Virus record (IMG/VR): IMGVR_UViG_3300036985_001339
Location: 1,181 to 65,180 of that record
Reading direction: 5' to 3' (one strand)
Source of the DNA: a virus
Lineage: Duplodnaviria > Caudoviricetes
DNA length: 64,000 nucleotides
The notes beneath the pieces are model-generated. The model was given only the letters and a program-made list of their open reading frames with translations, had not been told where the DNA came from and did not search any database. This document shows, piece after piece, positions 1 to 9,643 of the stretch. How positions within the stretch are numbered: position 1 is the stretch's first letter; every line of letters begins with the position of its first letter. The translations under genes were made by a program, and so were the position numbers.

Positions 1-166
1 ATATATTGCCTTTATAACTACTAGCAGCACTTGTACTGTCAGTTTTTGCTTTGCTTTCAACTTCTTTGAACTGTTTGTTTTTAGCAGTATTTTCTTCAAT
101 TTCTTTTCCAAGTTTTGCGCTATATTTCTCTTGTTTAAAAGGTGCTGATTTTTGTTTGTATGCCAT
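1..166 (-). CDS. Partial small basic protein (MAYKQKSAPFKQ...), runs off the window edge
   Basis: ATG at 166 and an open frame to position 1; N-terminus resembles those of neighbouring small proteins. Confidence 0.6.
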   Translation of the reverse strand, partial: MAYKQKSAPFKQEKYSAKLGKEIEENTAKNKQFKEVESKAKTDSTSAASSYKGNI

Positions 167-191
167 TTTGTTTATTTTTTAGTTGTTTTTG

Positions 192-566
192 TTATTTAAC
201 CTTAGTGTATATTAATGTTGTTTTGATTTTACCATCAACAACACACTTTAACGTTATCTTGTCTACAAATGTAAAAATATTTTCAGTAATCCAATCGTTT
301 GGTGTGAAGATTGTTTTAATAAATATAGAATCTTCATTAATGCGTAATGTAATTAAATCAAGTGGTTCACCTGATGTTGCGCTTATTTCTTGTGTTTGTA
401 GTATACCTAAGGAATCTTTCCAAAAAAACAACTGAGTTGATTCTTCTTCTGACTTCCAATAACCAATTAAATCATTGGTATTAATTTTTTCTTTAAGAAC
501 TAATCCTTGAGAAAATGCGTTTAAACTAAATAACGCAACTACGATAATTAAAAATACTTTTTTCAT
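192..566 (-). CDS. Secreted/periplasmic protein with signal peptide
   Basis: MKK, hydrophobic core and AFS-Q cleavage site typical of Bacteroidota exported proteins. Confidence 0.65.
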   Translation of the reverse strand: MKKVFLIIVVALFSLNAFSQGLVLKEKINTNDLIGYWKSEEESTQLFFWKDSLGILQTQEISATSGEPLDLITLRINEDSIFIKTIFTPNDWITENIFTFVDKITLKCVVDGKIKTTLIYTKVK

Positions 567-592
567 AATTAAATAATATTAGATTTATATAT

Positions 593-624
593 CTATAATA
601 TTACATGTATTATTTATTTTTAAC
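593..624 (-). promoter_or_regulatory. Class-2 (late-type) promoter GTTAA-N15-GTAATATTATAG
   Basis: Matches the bipartite motif seen 7 times with 15-nt spacing; upstream of 192..566. Confidence 0.5.
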
Positions 625-945
625 CTTTTTACCTTGTTTTGCGTATGCTTCTTTCTCCCAAGGTAGGTTTTTTGCACCTTCTTTCATGGATGCTCTAGAG
701 TACTTTTTACCTTTCCACATCACGTGTGTATCGGTATAATCTAAATCACCACGTTTCATTTGGTCGATGTGAACCATTTCGTGTTCTATCGTTTTATTCT
801 TTTTTAAATCTAACGGAGATACATTTTTGTTTACTAAGATAGTTCCATTTGATTGAGCCATTCCTAATATATTATCTTCCATGTCAGTACTATATACTGG
901 CGTATTGTTTGTCCCGTAAGGAGGACCTGTCATTTTAAATGCCAT
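610..945 (-). CDS. Small zincin-like metallopeptidase
   Basis: HExxH motif (EHEMVH) and downstream PWEKEAY. Confidence 0.65.
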   Translation of the reverse strand: MAFKMTGPPYGTNNTPVYSTDMEDNILGMAQSNGTILVNKNVSPLDLKKNKTIEHEMVHIDQMKRGDLDYTDTHVMWKGKKYSRASMKEGAKNLPWEKEAYAKQGKKVKNK

Positions 946-1173
946 TTAGCATTTCTTCATTTTAGTTGGAGCAACAGACTTAGTTCTAAACTTGCTATCT
1001 ATTACAGCTTTTGAAGACTGTTTTAAAGGACCTTTTGGTTTAATACCTTCTTTTTTCTCAAAAGATTTAGTTTCCTTTTTTTCGTGTTTAGCCATAGCAG
1101 ATTTAGAAGCGTACTTCTCTACCTTACCTTTTTCATAACTTCCTTTTTCTACGATTTTCTTTTTGATAGCCAT
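946..1173 (-). CDS. Small Lys-rich hypothetical protein
   Basis: Abuts neighbouring genes in the operon. Confidence 0.6.
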   Translation of the reverse strand: MAIKKKIVEKGSYEKGKVEKYASKSAMAKHEKKETKSFEKKEGIKPKGPLKQSSKAVIDSKFRTKSVAPTKMKKC

Positions 1174-1191
1174 TTTTTTTAGTTTAATTAA

Positions 1192-1221
1192 ATTCCCTAT
1201 AAACGTTAATCTATAGGGAAT
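1192..1221 (-). terminator. Hairpin / probable intrinsic terminator
   Basis: ATTCCCTATA/TATAGGGAAT 10-bp inverted repeat just after 1234..1500. Confidence 0.5.
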
Positions 1222-1233
1222 ATAATATTAGTA

Positions 1234-1500
1234 TTATGCAATAACCAAAGCACTAACTGTAGCGCCGTTTAATTTAACTGGAACAGTAATAGGTCCAGCT
1301 GGATTTGTGATAGCATCGTTGATAGCATTATACACACTAGTAGTTGTAGCACCTGCTACAGTAAGTGTAAAAGTTTTTGTTCCTACGTAGATAACTAAAG
1401 AAGTTGCACTTACGTAACTAACAAATGAAATTAATTCTGCATTAAAAACCAACGTAGGTGTTGCAGTGATTGTTGTTGCAATTGAGATAAATTTTGCCAT
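1234..1500 (-). CDS. Small virion/decoration-like protein
   Basis: Thr/Ala/Val-rich beta-type composition. Confidence 0.55.
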   Translation of the reverse strand: MAKFISIATTITATPTLVFNAELISFVSYVSATSLVIYVGTKTFTLTVAGATTTSVYNAINDAITNPAGPITVPVKLNGATVSALVIA

Positions 1501-1538
1501 TTTTTGTTTTTTTTGTTTTTATTATTTATTATTTATTT

Positions 1539-2153
1539 TTAAAATCCAAAAGATATTGCTTTTGCAAGTTTATCTTTCTTTTCTTTATCAGCCTGTTTCT
1601 TTTCAAACTCAACCATTTTTTTTGGTTTTGGCTCTGTTGATTCGTTGTAATTCGTTTTTGTTGAACCTTTAAGATCAATAGAAGATTTTTTAGAATCATC
1701 TGTAGAAATAGACTTAGTTTTTGCACTAGGACTTGTTATATCTGATTTAACTGTAGGTTTTTCACTTTCGTTATAATCTTTAATTCTAGTATCTACTTTT
1801 TCTTTTCTAGCACCTACTCTTTCTATTCTTTTTTCAATTCTTTCTCGTTTAGCAGTATGATCGTTATCAGAATTCATTAACTTCTTATCTTTTAACTTTT
1901 CCTGTCTTTTTTCTAAACGATCAGATTTCTTAACATCTTCTTTGTTTTTGTCTTCTGGTGTTCTAGCAGCTATAGAAGCTCCAATTGTTTTACCAAGAGA
2001 TTCTACAGCAGCGTTAGCAGCATCGTTGTTATATACAGCATCTGGATTATATCCACCCGCTTCATAAGCACCACCTGCGCCACCTTGATCCACCATACTT
2101 CTTTGTAAGTGAAAAGGTGAACTACTATTTCTTTTCATTAAGTTTATAGACAT
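1539..2153 (-). CDS. Charged low-complexity protein, possible capsid cargo
   Basis: 204-aa ORF in operon; N-terminal SPFHLQ. Confidence 0.6.
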   Translation of the reverse strand: MSINLMKRNSSSPFHLQRSMVDQGGAGGAYEAGGYNPDAVYNNDAANAAVESLGKTIGASIAARTPEDKNKEDVKKSDRLEKRQEKLKDKKLMNSDNDHTAKRERIEKRIERVGARKEKVDTRIKDYNESEKPTVKSDITSPSAKTKSISTDDSKKSSIDLKGSTKTNYNESTEPKPKKMVEFEKKQADKEKKDKLAKAISFGF

Positions 2154-2156
2154 AAC

Positions 2157-2375
2157 TTAAAATTTACCTCTTGCTTTTTGAGTAATAGGACCTGGAGAAT
2201 AACTTGGCATATCAAATCTAAGTTTGATACCGTCTTTTCCAGAACTTGAACCTTTACCTTTTGGGTATGCAGTTGTGTCTAAAGGACCGTCCCATATATG
2301 GTTTGCTCCAATTCCCGATAACTTTGCTTCTTTATCAAGAGGCGTTATCATGTGTGTTTTTGATTTTAAATCCAT
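2157..2375 (-). CDS. Hypothetical protein
   Basis: Tightly packed in operon. Confidence 0.6.
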   Translation of the reverse strand: MDLKSKTHMITPLDKEAKLSGIGANHIWDGPLDTTAYPKGKGSSSGKDGIKLRFDMPSYSPGPITQKARGKF

Positions 2376-2377
2376 AA

Positions 2378-3055
2378 TTAACTATTTGATAAATCGTAAG
2401 GTGGCGTAGTTGCCTGTTCAACATTATAAGGTGGTTGTTGTGGAATTCCAGTTGCAGCCATTACATTCTCTACTCCTGCTTGCATATTTGGATCCGTTGG
2501 ATCTACCATAGGTACAAGACTTGGGTCATTGATAGGTTGCGATGGATCTACCATTTGTTTCATAGGACTTTCTACACTTCTAGTAAAAGTTCCTGGATTT
2601 GCTTTTCCGTAAAGATTTGATACTGTTTTTATATCTGAAAAAATCTTTTGATTAATAGGTGCATGCATACGTAAGTTTTTATTTTTTTGTTTAGTCCATT
2701 GTGCTTTTGCTACTTGACCAGCTAGTCCTGTTCCAAAAGTTGGAACTCCATTATTTGTGTTATTTGAAGAAGGACGAATATTAAGAGGAAGAGAACCACT
2801 AACTCCAAGTATACCGCTATTCATAGAACTAGTTCCTTGTTGTTGACCACCTCCCCAAGGTCTTGTTATATTATTAGTACCTCCAAACATACCGCCATTT
2901 ACAGAACTTACTCCTTGTTGTTGACTACTTCCCCAAGGATTCATCGCGGCATTAGGTTGTGTTATTTGCGATTGACCAAACCCTAATGTTGCTTGATTAA
3001 TTGCCTGACCAAAACCAAATTGATTAATTGGACTATCATTTTTTTTATATGCCAT
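2378..3055 (-). CDS. Gln/Gly/Pro-rich disordered protein with internal repeat
   Basis: Likely start MAYKKNDSPINQ; two PWGxxQQQGxSSxN repeats. Confidence 0.6.
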   Translation of the reverse strand: MAYKKNDSPINQFGFGQAINQATLGFGQSQITQPNAAMNPWGSSQQQGVSSVNGGMFGGTNNITRPWGGGQQQGTSSMNSGILGVSGSLPLNIRPSSNNTNNGVPTFGTGLAGQVAKAQWTKQKNKNLRMHAPINQKIFSDIKTVSNLYGKANPGTFTRSVESPMKQMVDPSQPINDPSLVPMVDPTDPNMQAGVENVMAATGIPQQPPYNVEQATTPPYDLSNS

Positions 3056-3497
3056 GATTCCTTGTTTTGTCTTTATTAACATTCTCTATAGCTGTTATAG
3101 CTACGGTATCCATATAGGTTTTACCGTTCATAATAGTATTTCTATGACTTGTTGGTATATCTTCGATACCTAACATTATTCGATACATTTTACTTATTAG
3201 TTGTTTGCACTTAAATGAAACTTTATATATGTTATATTTTTGGGTGGTATGATTTCTTTCTCTCCAAATCGTTATCCAACCCTGCTTCAACAAATCGTTC
3301 CAGCGTCTATTGTTCCAACTATATGCGTATGTACCTATTTTAAAATCTTGTTTAGTAAAGAAATCCATGCAGTCAAAGTAAATAAGAAGTTCTAAATCAG
3401 CATCTGTTAGATCATTATTTCTACATGCCCATCTTCTTATTATCCTATAATGTTTTAGTAAACCTAAGTCTTTAATATCACTTGCTTCTAATCTCAT
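3045..3497 (-). CDS. Hypothetical protein, possibly winged-helix
   Basis: 150-aa ORF coupled to groES. Confidence 0.6.
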   Translation of the reverse strand: MRLEASDIKDLGLLKHYRIIRRWACRNNDLTDADLELLIYFDCMDFFTKQDFKIGTYAYSWNNRRWNDLLKQGWITIWRERNHTTQKYNIYKVSFKCKQLISKMYRIMLGIEDIPTSHRNTIMNGKTYMDTVAITAIENVNKDKTRNHGI

Positions 3498-3757
3498 TAT
3501 AAAACAACTACTACATCCGACAATCTTATTACATGGTGAGTATCTTTATCTATATCTATCTTATGTCCAGCGTGTCTGTCATAAAATATAACATCTTTTT
3601 CTTTTATACCTACAACTTCATCACCAACTGATAATACCGTTGCTTTTATATATCTAATATCTTCTCTTTGATTCTCTGCTAATAAAAGTCCTCCCTTTGT
3701 TGCCGTAGTTCCTTCTTTTACTTTATCTATGATTAAACACTTACCTATTGCCTTCAT
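3497..3757 (-). CDS. groES: Co-chaperonin GroES
   Basis: TKGGLLL mobile loop, V.SVG, D.IFY; adjacent to groEL. Confidence 0.9.
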   Translation of the reverse strand: MKAIGKCLIIDKVKEGTTATKGGLLLAENQREDIRYIKATVLSVGDEVVGIKEKDVIFYDRHAGHKIDIDKDTHHVIRLSDVVVVL

Positions 3758-5300
3758 TTACTCTTAAGTTATTGATTACACAATTGGTCGATAATATAGT
3801 TGTAGCAACTGATACAGCATTCTTTAAAGCACTTTTAGTTACCAATAAAGGATCTATAATTCCTGCTTTTATCATATCAACTGTTTCACCAGTTACAACA
3901 TTAAGTCCATAACCTATTTTTGATATTGCTTCTATAGGAGCATGTTCTATTCCAGCATTTTCTAATATAATATTAAATGGTGCTCTTATTGCATCTAGAA
4001 GAATTTCTCCTCCAATAGAAAAAGAATCTATATTATGCGAAGCGTTTAATAAAGCTATTCCACCGCCTGGTACAATACCTTCTTTTATTGCTGCTTTAGT
4101 TGCGCATATTGCATCTTCTATTCTATCTGCTTTCTCTTTTAACTCTATACTAGAATTAGCACCAACTTTAACAATTGCTATCTTAGCGGATAAACGTGCT
4201 AATCTTCTTTCAAGTTTGATAACATTGTGAGTTGTATTCTTTTCTAGTAATTTCTTTTTTATATCGTCTATAATAAGCAAAATGTCTTCAGGAGTTTCTC
4301 CTACGTGTAATATAGTTTCTTCGTGAGATGTTATACTTTTTACACATGTACCAAAATGTTCTGGTTGGAATAAATCTAAGTCATCTCCAAGATCTTCATT
4401 TATTATAGTAGCACCTGTTAATAGTGCTAAATCATCTAGTATTTCTTTTTTACTAATTCCATAAGCAGGAGCATCTAAAACATTTACTTTTATATTTCCT
4501 TTAATCTTATTCATTGCTAAAGCAGAAACTACCGCCTGTTCTAAATCACCTATGATTAATAATGATTTATTATTCTTTATAACATACTCTAGAGCAGGTT
4601 GTATTTGTCTTATTGTTTCAACAGGAGATTCCATTAATAGAATTAAAGGATTATCTAACTCTGCTGTTTTTTTCTGTACATTTGTAATAAAGTGAGTATT
4701 AGTTAAACCTTTACTATATTGAACACCTTCTACAACTTCTAAACTACAATCAGCATTTTCTGATGTTTCCATCATTACAATACCGGTTTCACCTACAGAT
4801 CTAAATGCATCGGCAACTAATTTACCTAATACAGGATCGTTGTTAGTGGATATAGTAGCTACGTGATCAATCATTTCACCTGTTACGGTTACTTTCATTT
4901 TTTCTAAATAATCTACAACTTTGTCACACATAGATTCAATACCTTCTTTTACTTTTCTAGTATTTGAATCAGAGTGTTTGTAAGCTTCACTTAATATAGC
5001 GTGTGCTAATACCGTTGCGGTTGTTGTACCGTCTCCAGCTTCTCTAACTGTTTTTCTTGCTGCTTCTTTTAAAAGAGTAGCACCCATATTTTCTACAGGA
5101 TCTAACAATATAATAGAATCGGCAACTGTTACACCGTCTTTCGTTATAACTGGATTACCAGAACTATCTTCAAGTAGTACACATTTACCACTAGCACCCA
5201 ATGTAGAACCAACTGCTTTAGTTAGTTTCTCTATACCTATAAATACTTTATCACTAGCTTCTTTTCCGAAACTAAGATTTTTGACTATACCGTCTGACAT
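3741..5300 (-). CDS. groEL: Chaperonin GroEL
   Basis: ITKDGVTVA, AGDGTTTATVLA, EGIVPGGG and GIIDP motifs. Confidence 0.97.
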   Translation of the reverse strand: MSDGIVKNLSFGKEASDKVFIGIEKLTKAVGSTLGASGKCVLLEDSSGNPVITKDGVTVADSIILLDPVENMGATLLKEAARKTVREAGDGTTTATVLAHAILSEAYKHSDSNTRKVKEGIESMCDKVVDYLEKMKVTVTGEMIDHVATISTNNDPVLGKLVADAFRSVGETGIVMMETSENADCSLEVVEGVQYSKGLTNTHFITNVQKKTAELDNPLILLMESPVETIRQIQPALEYVIKNNKSLLIIGDLEQAVVSALAMNKIKGNIKVNVLDAPAYGISKKEILDDLALLTGATIINEDLGDDLDLFQPEHFGTCVKSITSHEETILHVGETPEDILLIIDDIKKKLLEKNTTHNVIKLERRLARLSAKIAIVKVGANSSIELKEKADRIEDAICATKAAIKEGIVPGGGIALLNASHNIDSFSIGGEILLDAIRAPFNIILENAGIEHAPIEAISKIGYGLNVVTGETVDMIKAGIIDPLLVTKSALKNAVSVATTILSTNCVINNLRVNEGNR

Positions 5301-5325
5301 AATTTTATTTAATTAAATTGATATA

Positions 5326-5358
5326 CTATATATATCACCTGTTTCTACCAGTTTTTAC
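5326..5358 (-). promoter_or_regulatory. Class-2 promoter GTAAA-N15-GTGATATATATAG
   Basis: Exact 15-nt spacing; directly upstream of groEL. Confidence 0.6.
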
Positions 5359-5490
5359 TTAACCTTGAGCGTTATAACTTTTTTTATAAAGTTTAGATGA
5401 TTTTAATTTAGATGTTTTGCTTTTAGCATGAACACCTGGTCTTGATATTTTCTTTACAACAGTTTTAGTAACGACAGTCTGTTTCGCCAT
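5359..5490 (-). CDS. 43-aa basic peptide (MAKQTVV...RPGVHAKSKTSK...YNAQG), not in ORF track
   Basis: Translated by hand; fills the gap between the spanin and the groEL promoter. Confidence 0.6.
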   Translation of the reverse strand: MAKQTVVTKTVVKKISRPGVHAKSKTSKLKSSKLYKKSYNAQG

Positions 5491-5942
5491 AATAAATATA
5501 ATATTAGAATTAATATAATTAACCATAGTAACCACCAGTAATTAACTGATTTTTCTATAGTTTTGCTTTTACCTACAACTCTCTCTGTTTTCTCTGCTTT
5601 AATAACCGCAGTTGAATCCTTACGCTTATTATTAGACTCTCTTTTGTTATTTGTATATGAAGTGTTGGTTTTACTTTTTTTTATCTTTAAAACAACGTTT
5701 TTATAACTTTTACCATCAACTATAATAGTTTTACTTGAATCGATGGGTGTTATAATAATTTCACTGCAGTCAGTAGTTGTATTTATGTTTGTAGAATCTG
5801 TGTTTATTTTGTTTTCTATAGTTGTAACTATAACTTTTGTTTCTACTACACTGTCTTTTTTTACATCTATTTTATCTACTTGTACGTGTCTACTTGCACA
5901 TGATGTTAATATAATTAAAAATAATAATATGATGTTTTTCAT
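5454..5942 (-). CDS. Probable unimolecular spanin
   Basis: N-terminal lipobox (LTSC) plus C-terminal TM helix, next to the endolysin. Confidence 0.65.
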   Translation of the reverse strand: MKNIILLFLIILTSCASRHVQVDKIDVKKDSVVETKVIVTTIENKINTDSTNINTTTDCSEIIITPIDSSKTIIVDGKSYKNVVLKIKKSKTNTSYTNNKRESNNKRKDSTAVIKAEKTERVVGKSKTIEKSVNYWWLLWLIILILILYLLWRNRLSLLKLL

Positions 5943-6328
5943 TATGATAATATTGTTAGTGTTATAGTTTTTGCTTTTTGCATTTTTGCAAATAGTTTTT
6001 CAAAAGCTTTTCTAGATTGTCCTATGTAGTTTTTATTTCTAGTTTGTCCAACTAATATACAACCTTCTGTATCGTGGTTAGAATTACCACTGTGGATACG
6101 AACACCCTCGAAATTAGGTACATCTATTAATAAAGGTAATAAACGTTTAAATCTATTAGATTCGTTTATTATTATCTTATATGTTCCTTTTGGAATTGCT
6201 GTTTCTCCTTTTATCTTTATGTCTCTTTCTTTATCTTCTAAAGTAAAACATTCAAACACGCCATCTATTAACAGTTCTCCTATAGTTGAATTATCAGTCT
6301 TGTATAATCTCTTTATCGTTATTAACAT
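5942..6328 (-). CDS. DUF5675-like putative endolysin
   Basis: TIGEL..DG..C.TLE, AIP.G.Y and IH.GN...DTEGCILVG motifs; lysis context. Confidence 0.75.
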   Translation of the reverse strand: MLITIKRLYKTDNSTIGELLIDGVFECFTLEDKERDIKIKGETAIPKGTYKIIINESNRFKRLLPLLIDVPNFEGVRIHSGNSNHDTEGCILVGQTRNKNYIGQSRKAFEKLFAKMQKAKTITLTILS

Positions 6329-6491
6329 TTCTATTTTTTAATTTAATTTGTACCCAATCGATTATTTTCATTGTTGTATATACTATAGATATGCATAGTA
6401 ATAGTATTTTTAATACACTCTCTATATTTGTAAAACTTAAAAAAATAGTTAAAGCGTTTAAAGTGTACAGTCGTATAGATCCTTGGTCCAT
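6294..6491 (-). CDS. Putative holin-like membrane protein
   Basis: Hydrophobic helices; lysis cluster. Confidence 0.5.
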   Translation of the reverse strand: MDQGSIRLYTLNALTIFLSFTNIESVLKILLLCISIVYTTMKIIDWVQIKLKNRNVNNDKEIIQD

Positions 6492-6676
6492 TATCTTTTC
6501 AGTTTATTAATAATTTCCGTAAATCCCTGAACTCCTACGTATGCTGCAGATATTATAGTAAAGTCTGAGGATGTTAAATATCCAGAGAATAATCCAACGC
6601 TTGCTGTTACAAATACCATTAGTTTTCTACTAACCCATTTGTTTAAATATAAATCTATTTTTTCTTTTGTACTCAT
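6491..6676 (-). CDS. Putative holin
   Basis: SRKL followed by two TM segments. Confidence 0.55.
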   Translation of the reverse strand: MSTKEKIDLYLNKWVSRKLMVFVTASVGLFSGYLTSSDFTIISAAYVGVQGFTEIINKLKR

Positions 6677-6677
6677 C

Positions 6678-7040
6678 TTAATTTGTGAAAGGCAATGGCG
6701 GTGTTATTTCTACAGGGTGTGCTTGTAAATATAAATTCTCATTAAGCCCTATTTTTATTTGTTCTAATTGTGATATTTGTGGCTCGCCATTTATTGGTTC
6801 AGGGATTACACTTAAAACCGTTTCAACCCATCCAACGACTTGCTCTTTTGTTAAATCAGCATATAAAGTAAAATCTGTTCCGCTTGGGGTTGGCATACCC
6901 GTTGCTGAGTATGTTTCAGCAGTATATTTATCATTCGAAGCGTTTAACCTCCAATGAACAACGTTGACCACATTTTCAAGACTTCCTTCTTTTACTCTGC
7001 AATCTAATGCACTGATAATCCACTCGTATTTAGTTTCCAT
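6678..7040 (-). CDS. Tail-fibre-associated protein
   Basis: Follows the fibre gene; V..VHW and F..Y.DLT.E.V.GWV pattern. Confidence 0.55.
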   Translation of the reverse strand: METKYEWIISALDCRVKEGSLENVVNVVHWRLNASNDKYTAETYSATGMPTPSGTDFTLYADLTKEQVVGWVETVLSVIPEPINGEPQISQLEQIKIGLNENLYLQAHPVEITPPLPFTN

Positions 7041-7057
7041 ATTTTTTTATTTATTTG

Positions 7058-9625
7058 TTATCCTATGTATGTCCACCCTGTGGATTTATTTATATATAAT
7101 CCTTCAACTACGTCTGTGCAATAAACACATAAACCAACTGCAGGAGTTGCTATTGCTATTCTTTGTGCATTTGTCATTCTCGGAGGTAAAAATCCTTGAG
7201 TTGTACTTTTTAACTCGAATATTGCGGTTGGTGCAATTGTTGTAAGAGCTCCCTGTTCAATTGAAAACCCACTTGTAAAAGTCTGAAATTTTGCATTACT
7301 AATTGAGCCTATGTAAATTCGAGCATTATCATAATAAGTTGTACCTGCATAAAAGTATGTTCCATGAAATCCTTTTCCTATTAAAGTACCTAATCCATTA
7401 ACAGTAACTAAATCCAAAGTATCGGCACTATTCCTAACCTTAAAAGCTAAGTCCGTTGACAAAGCTCCGGGAGCATTAACTTGCAATTTAGCAGCAGGAG
7501 CAGTTGTTCCGATTCCTACGTTGCCCGTTGAGGTAACGCGCATTCTTTCAGTTGAATTTGTCCAAAACGAAATAGGATTTGCTCCTTGTTGCTGTAATAC
7601 TAAACCACCTGTAAATCCACTTCCGGATTGCAACATTGAAGTATTTGGCCAAGCTCCGTGTGCAGCTGAATGTGCTTTTAAATCTAAATTACCCACCATA
7701 GAACTTGCTGTCACAATTCCAAAAGCTGAAGCTCCTGTGTTTGTATTTCTTGCATAAATACCATCCGCCCCGTTAACACTTGTTTCAACTTGAACTTTAA
7801 ATGACGGAGCAGCCGTTCCAATTCCTACATTTGTACCATTATCAAATATTAAGCTATTACCCAAAGAACTTACTCCTGTAAACTTAGGTAAATAGTTAGT
7901 CGTACCTGTTCCTGTGATTGGATTTGTTAATGTAGGTTGAATTCCAGCAGCGCTTAAACTTCTATTTTTCCATAATGAAGTTGCACTATCATATTGAATA
8001 ACATCATTATTAGTTGCGCTTATTATTGAAACATCGTGTATTTCATCTAATTCATATCCGTTTTGAATTCCAACTTCTATTTGCCCTTGCGTTGGATGTG
8101 AACGTGTAACTTTACCAACGTAAACTAAATGAGTTGGTGCTAATGTTTTAACATCTGTATATGTTCCAGCAGTTATTCCACTTAAATATAATTGTGCTCC
8201 TTCTGTAAATGCAGAAGTATCTAATCCACTTAAATCGCCAATTATAACACAATTTCCTAATCCGTTATTTAAAATATTAGATTGTAATAAACCAAATGTA
8301 CGTGCACTTAACGCATCAGTTGTAGCAAGTGCTTTTGAAACTAATGCTTTATTTCCGTTTGCACCACTAATATAAACAACTGTTCCTTTAGTTAAAGTAG
8401 CTCCAGTCATATTTTTAACTTCGCGAACTAATGAACCAGCTTGTGCATTTATTGGTATATCTAATGCAGTAATAAACGGATTAACTCCATCTGCTCCATT
8501 GTTTGTTAATTCACTTGTTAATGTTGGAATATCGTCAATAGTTGCAATTGTAAAAGTACCTGATTTGTTTGGTAATTGAAAACCAGGATTATTTCCAAGT
8601 GTTATATTATCGGCTTTTATTCTACCAGAACTGGATGCATTAGATATTACAACACCATCGTCGGTTGATAAATATATACTTGTTCCTGTGGTTGTATTCT
8701 CTGTTCTTACATCCGCAATACCAAGAGAACTTTTATATTGTCCTGATTCTACAATTATTTGATTTGTAGTTGTATTTCCTTCGTCAGTTACCGATTGTAA
8801 ATTTTGATTTGCTGGTATGTCACTTGTTAAAGCAATTGTACCTGAAGCGTTTGGAAACTCATAAGTTCTATTAGCTGTTAACGTTGTTGGAACGTTTAAA
8901 AAACCATAATATAAACTTGCTCTAAATATTGCACCAACATTACTAATAGTACTTATTATATCTCCTGAAGTATTATAAAAGTTATACTCAGAATCAGATA
9001 ATTGTATTTTACCATAATCTTGGTTAGATATATCATATAAATATAACTCTCCAATTTTGGCATCTAATAATGATGTATTTCCAACCGATAAAACTTCGTT
9101 TAAAGAAGGTATTGGAGCAGGTGGTGGTACGATAGAATCCCTAAAGAAACTTAAATCATAATATAAATCTTTATGTAAACTACCATATCCACCTATATAT
9201 TCTAAACTTAAATCATAGAAGTTTGGATTACTAGTTACACTATATGTTATTATTTTATAATTACCAAATATACTTATTTGATTTTGTTCTGTTAGTAATA
9301 TCTCAGATCCTATTATATAATCAATGAAGTCTACTACATTTTGATTAGACATGTCTATTATAGAAACTATTAAATTAGTTACTAAAGAAAAGTCTGTATT
9401 ATCACCACCACCATTAGGAAACGATATAGTTCCAACGACAGGATTTACAACTACAAACTTAAAAGTAGTTTGTCCGCCGATAGAGATTTTACCTTGATTG
9501 TTTAGGTAATCTGTTACTGACTGCGCTGTATAATTTACTGTTGCTAAACTAGAACTCTTTGTGCCTAAGAATAGATCAGCATCTACTATTTTATTATCTT
9601 GAGGATACGCTCTACCTATAGCCAT
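7058..9625 (-). CDS. Tail fibre protein
   Basis: GNVGIGT repeats, ERMR and STTQGFLPPRMT. Confidence 0.8.
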   Translation of the reverse strand: MAIGRAYPQDNKIVDADLFLGTKSSSLATVNYTAQSVTDYLNNQGKISIGGQTTFKFVVVNPVVGTISFPNGGGDNTDFSLVTNLIVSIIDMSNQNVVDFIDYIIGSEILLTEQNQISIFGNYKIITYSVTSNPNFYDLSLEYIGGYGSLHKDLYYDLSFFRDSIVPPPAPIPSLNEVLSVGNTSLLDAKIGELYLYDISNQDYGKIQLSDSEYNFYNTSGDIISTISNVGAIFRASLYYGFLNVPTTLTANRTYEFPNASGTIALTSDIPANQNLQSVTDEGNTTTNQIIVESGQYKSSLGIADVRTENTTTGTSIYLSTDDGVVISNASSSGRIKADNITLGNNPGFQLPNKSGTFTIATIDDIPTLTSELTNNGADGVNPFITALDIPINAQAGSLVREVKNMTGATLTKGTVVYISGANGNKALVSKALATTDALSARTFGLLQSNILNNGLGNCVIIGDLSGLDTSAFTEGAQLYLSGITAGTYTDVKTLAPTHLVYVGKVTRSHPTQGQIEVGIQNGYELDEIHDVSIISATNNDVIQYDSATSLWKNRSLSAAGIQPTLTNPITGTGTTNYLPKFTGVSSLGNSLIFDNGTNVGIGTAAPSFKVQVETSVNGADGIYARNTNTGASAFGIVTASSMVGNLDLKAHSAAHGAWPNTSMLQSGSGFTGGLVLQQQGANPISFWTNSTERMRVTSTGNVGIGTTAPAAKLQVNAPGALSTDLAFKVRNSADTLDLVTVNGLGTLIGKGFHGTYFYAGTTYYDNARIYIGSISNAKFQTFTSGFSIEQGALTTIAPTAIFELKSTTQGFLPPRMTNAQRIAIATPAVGLCVYCTDVVEGLYINKSTGWTYIG

Positions 9626-9643
9626 TTATGTTTTTTTTTGTAA

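Noticed and set aside
142-435. Antisense and nested ORFs in the track (e.g. 142..435, 6685..6957, 10215..10496, 19225..19500, 37475..37771, 61964..62287)
   Set aside because: Shadows of well-supported genes on the opposite strand or in another frame
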